Of a stretch of 64,000 bases of DNA, positions 36,607 to 50,030 are shown piece by piece (the stretch's first letter is position 1; the number at the start of each line of letters is the position of its first letter). The translations under genes were made by a program, and so were the position numbers. The notes under the pieces were generated by a model. It was not told the DNA's origin, searched no databases, and saw only the letters and a list, made by a program, of their open reading frames with translations. The stretch is from Squalus acanthias (lineage: Eukaryota), in NCBI GenBank assembly GCA_030390025.1, contig CM059439.1, positions 66,898,001 to 66,962,000 on the forward strand. The letters run 5' to 3'.

Positions 36607-39262
36607 CAACAACAACAACAACAATTTGTATTTATATAGCCACCTTTAATGTAGTAAAACGTTCCAAGGCGCTTCACAGGAGTATTATAAGACAAAAAAT
36701 TTAACACCGAGCCACACAATGAGAAATTAGGGCAGATGACGAAAAGCTTGGTCAAAGAGGTAGGTTTTAAGGAGCATCTTAAAGGAGGAAAGAGAGGTAG
36801 AGAGGCGGAGTGGTTTAGGGAGGGAATTCCAGAGCTTAGGGCCTAGGCAACAGAAGGCATGGCTACCAATGGTTGAGCGATTATAATCAGGAATGCTCAA
36901 GAGGGCAGAACTAGAGGAACGCAGATATCTCGGGGGATTGTGGGGCTGGAGGAGATTACAGAGATAGGGAGGGGCGAGGCCACGGAGGGATTTGAAAACA
37001 AGGATGAGAATTTTGAAATCAAGGCATTGCTTAACCGGGAGCCAATGTAGGTCAGCAAGCACAGGGGTGATGGGTGAGCGGGACTTGGTGCGAGTTAGGA
37101 CTTGGGAAGCCGAGTTTTGGATGACCTCAAGTTTACGTAGGGTAGAATGTGGGAGGCCAGCCAGGAGTGCATTGGAATAGTCAAGTCTAGAGGTAACAAA
37201 GGCATGGATGAGGGTTTCAGCAGTGGATGAGCTGAGGCAAGGGCAGAGACGGGCGATGTTATGGAGGTGGAAATAGGCAGTCTTAGTTATGCCGCAGATA
37301 CGTGGTCAGAAGCTAATTTCAAGGTCAAATATGACACCAAGGTTATGAACAGTGTGGTTCAGCCTCAGATAGCGAACGGATTTTGTGGCGGGGACCGAAA
37401 ACAATGGCTTCGGTCTTTCCAATATTTAATTGCAGAAAATTTCTGCTCCTCCAGAACTGGATGTCGGACAAGCAATCTGACAATTTAGAGACCGTGGAGG
37501 GGTCAAGAGAAGTGGTGGTGAGGTAGAGCTGGGTGTCGTCAGCGTACATGTGGAAACTGACGCTGTGTTTTCAGTTGATGTCGCCAAGGGGCAGCATATA
37601 GATCGGAGGGGGCCAAGGATAGATCATTGGGGGACACCAGAGGTAATGATGCAGGAGTGGGGGGCGAAGCCATTGCAGGTGATTCTCTGGCTACGATTAG
37701 ATAGATAAGAATGGAACCAGGCGAGTGCAGTCCCATCCAGCTGAATGACGGTGGAGACGCATTAGAGGAGGATGCAGTGATCAATCCTGTCAAAGGCTGC
37801 AGACAAGTCAAGAAGAACAAGGAGGGCTAGTTTACCTTTGTCACAGTCACAAAGGTTGTCATTTGTGACTTTGATGAGAGCTGTTTTGGTACTGTGGCAA
37901 GGGCGGAAACCTGATTGGAGGGATTCAAACATGGAGTTGCGGGAAAGATGGGCACGGGTTTGGGAGGCGACAACGCGTTCAAGGACTTTGGAGAGGAAAG
38001 TGAGGTTGGAGATAGGGCGGTAGTTTGCAAGGACGGAGGGGTCAAGAGTTGGTTTTTTGAGGAGAGGGGTGATGACGGCAGATTTGAGGGAGAGGGGCAC
38101 AGTACCTGAGGAGAGAGAACCATTAACAATGTCAGCTAACATGGGAGCCAGAAAAGGAAGTTGGGTGGTCAGCAGTTTGGTGGGAATAGGGTCGAGGGTG
38201 CAGGAAGTGGGTCTCATGGACAAGATGAGTGCGGAGAGGTCATGAGGGGCTATCGGAGAGAAACTGGAGAAAAATGTGGGTTCAGGGCTAGGGCAGGGGG
38301 AACCTTAGAAGAAGTTTGGCCCAGTGGGCTAGGGGAAGGAAGGGAAGTGGCAGAAGCAGCTGAATGGATGGTCTCACTCTTAGAGACAAAGAAGTCCATG
38401 AGCTCCTCACACTTGTTGTCGGAGGTGAGGGTGGAGGAGACAGAGGAGAGGGGTTTAAGAAGATGGTTAACAGTAGAGAAAATAAGCCAGGGTTTATCTT
38501 TGCATTCCAGTATGATTCTGGAATAGTGTGCAATTTTGGCAGATGAGAGCAGGACCCAATAATGCTTAATGTGGTCCAGCCAGATCTGGCGGTGAATGGC
38601 TAAACCAGTTGTCCGCCATATCCGTTCAAGTCTGTGTCCCTTGGTCTTAAGGGAGTGAAGATGAGGGCCGTACCAAGGGGAACGGTCTGGGTGAGAGAGA
38701 GTAATTGTTTTAATAGGGACTAGGGCATCAAAGGTAGTGGTGAGGGTGTGGTTGAGCAGATCAGTAGCTGCAGAAATGTTGTGGTGAATGGAGGGCCAAA
38801 GGCTGGACAGTTGGGATTTCGCAAGTGCAGTTGTAAGAGAGTTGGGAGAGAGTTTTCCCCAGGGGGCGGACCCAGAAGGAAGTAGGGTTGGCGGGGGTGG
38901 AAGGGGGATGTGGGAGAGTGATACAAGGATGTGGTCAGAGATGGCCTGTTCTGGGATTGACACGATGGGAGTAACGAGGCCACAAGAGATGGCAAGGTCG
39001 AGTGGGTGGCCGTGAATATGGGTTGGGGAGTTTTCATGGAGGGAGAGATCAAGGGAGGATAGGAGGCGAGTGAACTCAGAGGAGAGAGAGTATGATGAAT
39101 TGAGATGGAGGTTGAAATCACCGAGGATGAGAAGTCGTTCGGTGCAGAGGCTGAGGGAGGAAAGCGGTGAAGATATCGCGGTAATAACATTTTTATGGTA
39201 TTTGGGTGAGTGGTAGAGAACGAGAATTTTAAATGAGAGGTGAGAGGGGTGGAATAAGGTAA
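36607..39262 (-). mobile_element. L2 LINE ORF2 (APE endonuclease plus RT), 5'-truncated and frameshifted
   Basis: LILGDFNLH, PTHIHGHPLDLAIS, NYRPISNL, QSGFR, LLDLSAAFD, YADDTQLY, LHWLPV; (TGT)n tail. Confidence 0.95.
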
Positions 39263-40455
39263 CAGCAGGACTGCACTGTGATAAAAGATGTAACAATGAG
39301 GTCAGTGTAAAATCTGATGTATAAGTTGTACCTCTACCTTACCATTGCCGTATTTGGTTAAAAAAAAAGCCTATAAATTGTACTGGCAAAAAAGACTGAC
39401 AAAAATATCTGTTACATCTATATTTAATTTTTGATTTGTATTCTTTCCCCAGAGAGTGATAAAAATGTGGAACTCACTACCACAAGGAGTAGCATAGATG
39501 CAATTAAGGGGAAGCTAGATAAGCACATGAGGGATAAAGGAATAGAAGGATATGCTGATGGGATTAGATGAAGTAGACTGGGGGGAGGCTCATGTGGAGC
39601 ATAAATGACAGCATAGACCAGTTGGGCTGAATGGCCTGTTTCTGTGCTGTAGATTCTGACATAAGAAAACTACTAGGCACTTGGTCAAAGCGTTAAACAA
39701 AGCTTTAATCAACTGTTTTTCAACATGGAGATCTAGTTGTGTCCTTCTCTAGTTCCTGTTGAGGAATGTCTTAAGCAAGCTGGGCCCATGCCCAAGTATT
39801 TATACTCTCCCTGGACAGCGCCACCATCAGGCCGCCCAGTATTACTTCATACATGGATGACAAGATTCATGTCAGATTCTATGTAATTTTATTTACTATT
39901 GTTTATGGCTAAAATCAAGATTAAAACAGGTCACATGGGGTAGTGCGGGCTAGTTATTTTGCTGCATGATGGAAGCAATTCACATACAGTATAGCAGTCT
40001 AACATGCATTTCTCCTCAGAAGCACTTTGTGGCACCTTACTGCCTAAGGAGTCATTTTTATTCAACTTACTCAGATTGACACTTTGGTCAGAGTCAGGCT
40101 GTGGGATGTCACTACTGGAAATGGTGATTACGTTTGGCTGTTCCCAAGCCACCCTGACACAGATGAAGGAATTGGGCTTGGCCTAGTGTTTGATTGACAG
40201 CTAAACGTGAGACCTTTGAGAAGAGGCAAAGTTATTGTTTGGCTGCGGTCTTCTTTGACGAACAGCTCGGTGACCATGGGGGTCCACAATTACTGATTGT
40301 ACCTAGCTTTGTGTGTTTTTCATGAGCATTTGAGTTCTGTAGCCACAGTTTGAGGGCTTAGCATCTGAAGGCTTTGTGTTTTTTAAGTGTTGGGGCCAGC
40401 CAGCATAGCTGTCTGTTCTATACGATAAGAAATGAGTCTATAATTTGAACGCAAT

Positions 40456-41049
40456 AGGACCGATTTTAACCCTGCCCACCCGGCAGAAACTGAGCGGGCG
40501 GGCAGTTAGAATGGACCGTGTGACTTGCCCGCACTGATCCTGCCACCTTTCTGTGGATTGCAATCTTAACCTGCTCTTCTGAGCAGGCGAGAGGGGCACC
40601 AGGCAGAAGCCAGAATATGGAGATTCCGCTTTGATTACATCATCAGGGCCCGACTGCGTTTTAAGAAGAGAAGCTGGAGCCAGAAGAGGCCCAGAAAGGT
40701 AAGTCTATTTGTTTTTTTTTTAGTTTTCTTGTGGGCCAGGAAGAGCAGGAGAGCTCCTCCGGGCACCACCAGGAAACGGTGGGCCTCTCCTGTCCCGGGC
40801 TTCCCTCCCACCTGCTCGGACCGTGAGGCCCTCCCGACCCCCCCGCTCCCAATTACTTACCTGAGTGCTGGGGACCATTCCTTCGGATCCCTGGTTGTGG
40901 TCGCCCGACATCCCTCTCCCACCAACCGGCCAGCTAATGCTTCTCGCCGGGATCAGGTGGGAGACTGACAGAGTTCAAATCTCCCAGGCCTCACGTTGTG
41001 AAGGTTTACGGCCTGCCTCAACTCCTGAACGAGAGTTAAAATTGGGGTC
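40456..41049. mobile_element. Harbinger-type MITE
   Basis: Ends AGGACCGATTTT / AAAATTGGGGTC. Confidence 0.7.
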
Positions 41050-43595
41050 TAGTTTAGAGAAAGTGAGTGGCGACTTTGTTATTTTATGAACATTACACTA
41101 CTATACTGCTTATGTAAATAAAACCACTTGTTGGTCCAAAGCCTGAGCCTCGATCTGGTACAAGTATATATCCAGTCCACTTTCAATTTCATGTGGTGGC
41201 ATGTGATACATTCTCGCAGTTAGTGTACAGAGTAAGAGAGTCCTGTTATCATCCATGGATCTTGCTCTTGTTTACCTAGATATTGGGTAAAATAAAAGGT
41301 GCACTCTTGATTGTTATGGATGTACGAGCGTAGTTGGTGATGCTGAGCCAAAGAAAATATTTGGAAAACATAGAAACAGACACACATATGAAACTTTGAA
41401 TATAAGATTTAATAGTAACTTTCGAAAGGAAATTGGATAAATACTTGAAGGGAAAAATTTGCAGGGCTATAGGGAAAGAGTGGGGGAAAGAGTGGGAGAG
41501 TCGGACTAATTGGATAGCTCTACCAAAGAGCCGGCACAGGCTCAATGTGCCAAATGGCCTCCTTCTGTGTTGTGTCATTCTATGATTCTAAGTAAAATAA
41601 ATGGACATCTTATAATGCCAACTAACAATGTATTGGCATGTGATATAGATCATTTCTAAATCAATCGCAACATTAGAACAGGGAACATGAGAGTAATATC
41701 TATCAGCAAAACTGGGAAAGAAAGAACTTAAGTATTATCATATCCAGAGTGAAGATGCTGTTAACAAAGTGTATCATACTGGCATCTATCTCAACGACAT
41801 TTCATCAGATGAAGCAAGATATTCTAAACTTCTACAGATTAGATGTCGTTGCAACATCTGGACTGTTGCATGTCATTTTGGTCACACTAACTTCAGAAGC
41901 ATCTTGATGTGTTGGAAGAAAAAGCAGAGTAAAAAGTATCTGTTTCTGAGATGCATGTCTGAGTTGTGGAGGAAGAAGTTTAGAAGTGAACTGACCCAAG
42001 ATTTTACAATGCTGAGAGGAATGGATAATGTAGCTGAAAGCAGGCTGGGTTATTTAACTTGGACTGTGAGTGCAAAACTAGAGTACAAGCATAAAATTAA
42101 GAAGCTTCAAGCAAGGCGCGAGATTAAAAGGATTCCCCACCTCATAACAGTGGACTCCCCACTAAAGGAGCTAATGCCGTATTAATTGACACCTTTAAAT
42201 AAAGGACTAGATTAATATCTGGCTAGGATGGCATAAAGAGTCATAAGGATGAGTGCAGATAGAGATGATTGAATGGCGTGTGGATCAGAATGGCTCCTGA
42301 GCTGCTGTAACCGTCTAAAGGTAATGTAAGAAGGATGATAAACGTGGGCTATGAGGCTGGGTAGATATCTGGGAGTTTTGCTTGATTTGACTTTGAGGAA
42401 GTTGCAACACCTTTCTTCAGGAGAATAAATGAATTGAATAGAGCCCACGATAGGCCCATGAAGGAAGCGGGCTTGATAAATCCAAAGCTTTTTTCTTGTT
42501 CGCCGCTTTAGGTTTTTAATCAGCAGGTAGAAGAGGGTCGTGGAGGGAGGGGCTTCCATTACTCTGCTAGCTGATCACAGCTATTAATGCACCAGGGATT
42601 GAACACAATCATTTGGAAAGGCTGTGAGCAATAAACCACAAAAACAGCAAAAAAAATAAACACTATTAATTCTGTAGGGGTATCCACAGAACAATTATAC
42701 ATTTCCTTGAGTAAAACAGCATCCACTTCCACATCCATTTCCAAGAATAATTTGGGTAGATGTACAAACTATTCCTGGAAATTCATTTCCCTCACAAATC
42801 AATGACTGGTGGGCAATCATATCTGGAACAAGATTTTTCAAGTTGCACATGCTAAGAATTAAATATGTTTTATATATGGCTGAAAGATAGGATCCAGTCT
42901 GTTAACTGTGTGCCAGTCATTGATTTCTCTAAATAATGCCTTCTGTTCTGGCTGGGAGCTTGCAGTTACTGTGCAACTGTTCAGCTTAAGTTACAGTAGG
43001 AGATGTGAGGGAGTCAGTTCGAAGAAAGATTGCAAATGATACGTGCAGGGCTGTGTTCTGCATTTCATTAATCAAAGTTAAAGGGTGATCATCATGTTGA
43101 GGAGCAACTTGGGAGGGAGAGAGAGCCTAGAAGAGCTGGGCAGGATGCCTGTCCCGATGATAACACGCATCAGTCACAAATGACTATCTTGGCTCACAAA
43201 TGAGTGACGTCACCGAATAGCACATTTACAAATCAGTCAAGAAATCTCCAGTGCCTCTACGATTTCTTCAGCCGATAAACCAATGCTACCGTACATTCCA
43301 CAAAGTGAGGAGCCACACAAGCAAATAAACTGAGAATATGAATTGATGGCTAAAACAATTACAGAAATATTAAAGTCACCCTCGGTGAGATCTCACACTC
43401 TGAAACACAGAGCATCTCCAACATTACGCAGAAATCAGTTTTGTTTTCTGCCTTGGTGGATGGGCCGAGGGTAGATCACAGAATCAGTGTCAGTGTAATT
43501 GTAGCCATGATGTGGAGATGCCGGTGTTGGACTGGGCTGGACAAAAGTGAGAAGTCGCACAACACCAGGTTATAGTCCAACAGTTTTATTTGAAA

Positions 43596-43633
43596 TCACA
43601 AGCTTTCGGAGCTGCTACCCCTTCGTCAGGTGA
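43596..43633 (-). ncRNA. Minimal type I hammerhead ribozyme
   Basis: UCAC-CUGACGA-A-GGGGU(AGCA)GCUCC-GAAA-GCUU-GUGA; stem II is kept by G-U pairs. Confidence 0.7.
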
Positions 43634-43835
43634 AGTGAAGGAATACGAATCGGCAAAGCATATATAGACAGAGAACAATGCCTGTGTAACGTACAATGTC
43701 AGACGACTACAGTTAATCTATCTGACTGACTATCTATCGGCAGTCAGATAGATTAACTGTAGTCGTCTGAGATTGTACGCTACACAGGCATTGTTCTCTG
43801 TCTATATATGCTTTGCCGATTCGTATTCCTTCACT

Positions 43836-43872
43836 TCACCTGACGAAGGAGCAGCGCTCCGAAAGCTTGTGA
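43836..43872 (+). ncRNA. Minimal type I hammerhead ribozyme
   Basis: Identical to 15399-15435. Confidence 0.8.
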
Positions 43873-45009
43873 TTTCAAATAAAACTGTTTGGACTATAAC
43901 CTGGTGTTGTGCGACTTCTCACTAGTGTAATTGTAAATGATGTATGCATTGGAGGCCTCATTCTCACCCAGGAACTGTCAATATCTCTGCTACACGTTGC
44001 ATCATAAACACCTTTAGTTAGTTTACTTCGGCGGACAGTGCCAGTTGATTGGTGGGCATTGAAGCATTAACTCGGCAGAATCACATTTGAAAACGGCTGA
44101 CCAAATGGATAGTTTCTGCATCGCTGATTCACTGTGGCACAAATTCTGCTTAACAATTCGGCCAAGAAAGGCCGCAGCAAGGTCATTTAATCCATTTCTA
44201 GCTGTCGCTCCTGGTTTTTCAATGAGGTGCCAATTAGACCACATGGCGGGATGGGCGCAGGGCTTCTAAGCCCAAAAACCATCCCTATAAACATGAAATA
44301 ACTTTACAGCGGGGGCAGGGAAATATATTTCTACATTTTTAACACATTCTTCATTTAGTTTTAGTGGATCCTGAATGTATTTTAAAGGGAAATGGCATCC
44401 TGACCGAGCCACAGCCAGAGTCATTCCGCAAGCTCATGCCGCTAAGCCAAAAAGAAACAGCAGCTTTGGCGATGGCACATCATCTTAGATATGAAGAGGG
44501 TTTGGTTTATTTTCATGGTACAACAACACATTTGACACTCAAGCACAGCTTAGTCAAGCACAGTTATGCCAAGTGGCACTGGAACTATTTATAAATGTAA
44601 AATAAAGCTCCGTGTCCTAACAACAAGATTACCAGAGGACACCGGGAAAAACTCCAACTTTTCAAAATTTAAACAATTACTAGCTCTTGGAAAGGAAAAC
44701 CTCCGTGGACTACTGGGAATTGTGATTCTCTGCCTGGTGCCGCACTTCATATCCTGGAGTTTATCTCCGCTAAAAGGAGGCAGTTAAATTGTGCTGTTGA
44801 GAACTACAGATTTATTAGCACCCAGGACGTTAATTAAGTGCTCGTATTGTTCGTCCTGCTCTCAGATCACCAGCGATATGATGATAAACTGAGTAAAAAA
44901 AAAACAATTCTACTGTGGTACATAACATGCTCAAATTCAGGTGGTGGGTGCTGGCACCATTTGGCATCAGGGACGGAATGCCTATCTTCACCACAGTGCA
45001 CATTGTTAT

Positions 45010-45458
45010 GGGCAACATGGTGGCATAGTGGTTAGCACTGGTGCCTCACAGCGCCAGGGACCCGGGTTCGAATCTGGCCTCGGGTGACTGTCTGTGTGGA
45101 GTTTGCACATTCTCCCCGTGTCTGCGTGGGTTTCCTCCGGGTGCTCTGGTTTCCTCCCACAGTCCAAAAATGTGCGGGTTAGGTTGATTTGGCTATGATA
45201 AATTGACCCTTAGTGTTAGGGGGGGATTAAATATGTGGGGTTACAGGGATAGGATGGGATATGTTAGGGGGAATTAAATACGTGGGGTTACGGGGATAGG
45301 GTGGGATATGTGTCGGTGCAGGCTCGATGGGGATTCTGTGTGAGAAAGCAGAGACAGGGTACTGGATTTGGATGATCAGCCATGATCGTATTGAATGGTG
45401 GAGCAGGCTCGATGGGCCGAATGGCCTACTCCTGCTCCTAGTTTCTATGTTTCTATGT
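45010..45458 (+). mobile_element. V-SINE (HE1-like)
   Basis: tRNA head with A box TGGCATAGTGG and B box GGTTCGAATC, V-domain GTGTGGAGTTTGCACATTCTCCCCGTGTCTGCGTGGGTTTCCTCCGGGTGCTC, CR1-type tail. Confidence 0.92.
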
Positions 45459-46485
45459 TCCCCTTCATGGCAGACATGGTGGATGGTGATAGCTTTCAAG
45501 GTTTCAGTGGTGTGATGGGGGAAGCACACTAATCGGCGTATATAGATCACCAGGTGCAATGGGCAGCAATGTCACCCACTGCAACTACAGTTGGTTCTAA
45601 TCATCTGAGATTATGGAACATACCACCGATCGGCACAAGACCGAGGAAGATGCAGCACAAGTCTTCCTTACTGTAAACAACTTCCTTCACCATGCCCTGC
45701 TATATTTGCACAGCACTGTGACACAGTTGCTGAAAATACACCATCATTATGAATGTGTGATTAGTAGAAAGAAACCTCAGGAAATCTGAAATAAAAACAA
45801 GGAAATGTACAGCAGGTCACTCAGCATCTAAAGGAAGAAGATTCCAATGAACGTCAGTTCCAGTAAAGAGTGGATTGAGCTGCGATGTATCTTCGGTTTT
45901 TTACTTTGAAATCAGCCATTCACATCTTGCACGGTGAAAATTGATTTCTGATGCATTGTCTTTCTATCATAATATGGTTTGACATCCTTTCAAATGAAAA
46001 GCTTCACAAAATCAGATATGGTATACGCTTATGGGCGATTCAGGTCATGCTGCTGCCCACAACCTGAATCGCCCTGCTCACCACACGGACTGCAGTGATT
46101 CAAGAAGGCAGCTTTCTACCTCCTTCTCAGGGGCAATTAGAGATGGGCAATAAATGCTGGCCTTGCCAGCGACGCCCACATCCCAGCACCGAATAAAAAA
46201 AAAATATGTAGGCCTGGGAAAAACAATGCACCTTCATTTAAAAACCCTTCAATGGGTTTTTAACAAACTTCATGTATCCTCGTCTCAAAACCAGTGAAAA
46301 TTCTGTTACAATCAACTCTAAAATATTTAGAACATAAGAACATAAGAATTAGGAGCAGGAGTAGGCCGCACGGCCCTTCGAGCCTGCTCTGCCATTCAAT
46401 AAGATCATGGCTGATCTTCGACCTCAACTCCACTTTCCCACCTGATCCCCATATCTCTTGATTCCCACTATTGTTATAACATGAT

Positions 46486-47136
46486 GGGCCGTATTTTGCG
46501 ACCCCCACAGGTGCGTACGAATTCTCTTGACAGATCATCCGCCTCCCCGGGAGAAGGGCCTCTGCAGGTGGAGAGTTGCGCTATTTGCCCAACCTCCGCC
46601 CGCTGAATGCCTGTCAAATTCTTACACCTGGTAAAAGCAGGCATAAGATCTGCTTTTACCAGCGTAAGAGTTTTAACAAATAGAAAAATAAAATTTGATC
46701 ACTCGTTTATAAATTAAAAATACGCTTCAAAAAGGTAAGTTTATTTTTAGCCCCGTAAAAACATTTAATTTTGTTTTCAAAAAATTACATTTTTGTTTAA
46801 AATATTTAATTAAATGGCATTTTAATTAATTTTAAATATGTAATTTAAAAAAAAATAATTTAATGTGTTGGTGTATTTTTTTAAGCGATCCCCATTCATA
46901 CTTATGGGAGTTCCGTACGTACAGAACTGTTTATTGGTTGGGCCAGCCCAGGTGATCCCAGGAGCGCCTATGAACCGCTTGCGCCCCTAGGATACGTGGG
47001 GCTCTGCCCGCTCGGAACCCAGAGAGGCCCAGGATCACAAGCCGCCATTCTTCCCGGGCCACCAGGTACTTTCGTAGAGATTTTGCAGGTCGGAGGTGTC
47101 CGCTCCAGGGAAGCCTCAGATCGCAAATGTTGGCCC
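46486..47136. mobile_element. Harbinger-type MITE, family 2
   Basis: Ends GGGCCGTATTTTGCGA / TCGCAAATGTTGGCCC, 3-bp TSD GAT. Confidence 0.82.
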
Positions 47137-47605
47137 GATGTTACTTTAGAGCCAATACTGAAGCATTGTTTATTAACCTATCTGCAGTAAGTCTATTCCT
47201 TGTCCATTCACCGCCACCATTCCCCAAAGCTCATTTCGACTAATGGCCTTGATTCTTGATGGGCACAAAGGGTTAAGAAGTGAATCCCAGAGAGAAGCGT
47301 GGGTTAAATGCACAATCATATGGCACTCTAACTCCTAGTCCAGAGAGTGAGAGTGACACATATACAGAACTTATATATCTAGGAACTGCAAGTAAATGGA
47401 AAATGAAGGATTATTCTATTTGATAATTTAATGTTTGACAAGGAGAAGATTTGAACATTCTGCAAATACTTCACATTACAACAGCGACAACACTTCAAAA
47501 GTACTTCACTGGCTGTGAAGCACTTTGGGACGGCCTGAGGTTGTGAAAGGCGCTATATAAATGCAAGTTCTTCCTTTCTTTTACTTGCTCTGTAAGAAAT
47601 ACCAT

Positions 47606-48420
47606 GGGGGGAGTTTTAATGGGCGGGAAAGGGTCGGGGGTCAAATCTGTAAAAATGTGAACCCCGACCCCAAGCTGCCACAATGCGCCTATCTCTCGCC
47701 CCTCATGTCTGCGTTGGATTTGGGGGCAGTGAGTAACCCGCTCTGGACAGGCAGGTCAGTGATTAGAGCATTTAAATGAGGCTCCGTTCCACAGATTTTG
47801 GCAGCCATTTAAATTTGATGGCTCAGGGTCGAGATTCCTAGGGCTCTGGAAACTGGGAAGCTAAAGGGAGGTGGGAGCTACCAGTTCCAGCAGCTAAGTG
47901 TTTTTCCAGCACTGCTTGTGGTCCAGGAGGAGCAGGCGTTCTTCCCCCCGTCCCCTCAAATAAATCTTCTGCCGAGCAATCTGCCTCCCTCTCCTCGGTC
48001 CCTCCCCCTGCGATCTCTCCTGCCATCTGCAATCACACCCTCCACGATCTCTCCCCGCCACCGCGCGATCTCTCTCTCTCCTCCCTCCCTCCCTCCCTCC
48101 CTCTGCCCCGCGCACGATCTCCCCCTGCGATCTTTCTCCCCCTCCCACGATCTCCCCCTCCCGCGATCTCTCCCCCTCCCGCGATCTCTCCCCCTCCCCC
48201 GCAATCTCCTCCCTCCAGCCGCACGCACTCTCTCTCCGCCCCCCCCGCAATCTCCTCCCTCCAGCCGCACGCAATCTCTCTCTCCCCCCCCGCGATCTTT
48301 CTCCCTCCCGCGATCTCTTTTCCTCCCGCGTTCTCTCGTTCCCCCCGACCCCCCGCGATCTCTCATTCCCGCCCCCCGCCCCCGGTCTCTCCCCCCCGCA
48401 CCCCGCAATGCCCCTACTGT
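47606..48420. mobile_element. Harbinger-type MITE with an expanded C-rich low-complexity tract (about 47980-48410)
   Basis: Left TIR GGGGGGAGTTTT and repeated CGCGATCTCTCCCCC units. Right end not found. Confidence 0.6.
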
Positions 48421-48975
48421 TACCCGTTTGAGATTGCCTGACTCAACACAGACTGGGAATTGGAGCAGGCACCACCTTGGTCCGCACGGCTCAGTTACTC
48501 ACTGGGCGAAGCTGCTGAGCTCCTACGCAAATGGGGAATAATAAAATCATTCGTTCCATTACATTGAAGTCTCAGGAATTTTTATGCCTTCATCTGTCAG
48601 CAGATGGTGCTGTACCTTTCTTAATACAAACCATCGTCCTATCAGGAGGTTTCGAAGCTGTCAGTCATGTACACAAAGCTCCCTTGGTTATTTTTATTAA
48701 ATGATACCATGCTGGTGTGTTTACTGCGTGCTGCCAGCAGGTGGCTCTCTACTTGTACTGAAATACAAGCCAGGCTGCAGGGAGGCCATGGCCTAGAACC
48801 CATGATGCTTCCTGTTTTGTTTATTTTATGTTTTCATTATGGTTTCAGCAATTTTGCTGCTGCCCTTATCCGCAAACTTTCAACAGAAAATGTGTCCTCA
48901 TCATTTCCACTGCAGGTAAACGCCCAAAGTATACAACTTTCCGTTTAGGTCTTAACATGAACATTCTAATAGCCA

Positions 48976-49496
48976 ATTCCAATAATTCTGATGAGTTTAA
49001 CAACTTTAGATCTTAGACACCACTCCCATTTTCTCAGACAGCAGGCTCCTGAGCCACTCGGAGTGGAGGAGGCGTGGGCTGGTGCTTGGGGAGGGGAATC
49101 CCCTATGGTCCGCCCTCCTGGGGTCTAAGCACCTTCCTCAGCCACATTCTTGGGCCATGGGAGCCTTCGCCTCTTTGCCAGATTTGCCATGCTTCCCTCC
49201 ACCTCTGCTATTTTGCTTTAACCATTTACACCTCCTCTGGACCCATCTTTTGTTTCTTTACTTGTCCCATTACCATCCCCTTGTGCCTTGCACCATCATC
49301 CCTTTTGTCATTTAATCACTCCTGCCTTCCACCCTATCACAGACCTTCCCTTTTGTTCTTACCTCCCCTCCCACCCCCTGACTTTTCCCTGACTCTGTAC
49401 TTGCTTAAAAACGGTTAAATCTCTAACATCTTCCAGTTCTGATGAAAGGTCATCGAGCCTTACTGGCTGAGTGTTTTCCAGCATTTTCTGTTTTTA
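48976..49496 (+). mobile_element. Penelope 3' fragment
   Basis: Homologous to the 3' region at 26440-26788. 13-bp TSD ATTCTAATAGCCA. Hammerhead truncated after CTGATGA-AAGGTCATCGA. Confidence 0.82.
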
Positions 49497-49639
49497 ATTC
49501 TAATAGCCAGGCCTCGTCAAACCCTTTGTGGCGTGATGAATCAGTTATAAAACCAGGTTAACCTACGAAACCAAACTGACAAATAGACTTATGTACCATA
49601 TACTACATATATATAAAACAAAACATTGCTCATTGATTA

Positions 49640-50030
49640 TCATAGAATCATAGAATAGTACAGCACAGAAGGCGGCCATTCGGCCCATCGAGTCTGTGCC
49701 GGCTCTTTCGAAGAGCAATCCAGTTGGTCTCGCTTCCTCACTCTTCCCCATATCCCTGTAATTTTTTTCTCCTTTAAGTATTTATCCAATTCCCCTTTGA
49801 ATCTGTTTCCACCACTCTGTCAGGCAGTGCATTCCAAATCCTAACCACTTGTTGCGTAAAAAGGTTTTTCCTCATGTCGCCTCTGGTTCTTTTGCCAATC
49901 ACCTTAAATCTGTGCCCACTGGAAACAGTTTCTTTATTCTATCTAAATCCTTCATCATTTGAAACACCTCTATCAAATCTCCTCTTAACCTTCTCTGCTC
50001 CGAGGAGAACAACCCCAGCTTCTCCAGCCT
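49640..50030 (-). mobile_element. CR1 3' fragment
   Basis: CATAGAATCATAGAA tail; reverse homology to 8680-9040. Confidence 0.8.

Larger units (their letters stand above)
43504..43923. mobile_element. Penelope-derived fold-back insertion, long version
   Basis: Arms of about 183 bp (43546-43728 and 43741-43923), 12-nt loop, tail at 43504-43545, 12-bp TSD AGTGTAATTGTA (43492-43503 and 43924-43935). Confidence 0.9.

Noticed and set aside
45010-45085. tRNA gene
   Set aside because: It is the tRNA-derived head of a V-SINE.
47894-48541. Pro/Arg/Gly-rich ORFs
   Set aside because: Translations of a low-complexity C-rich tract.
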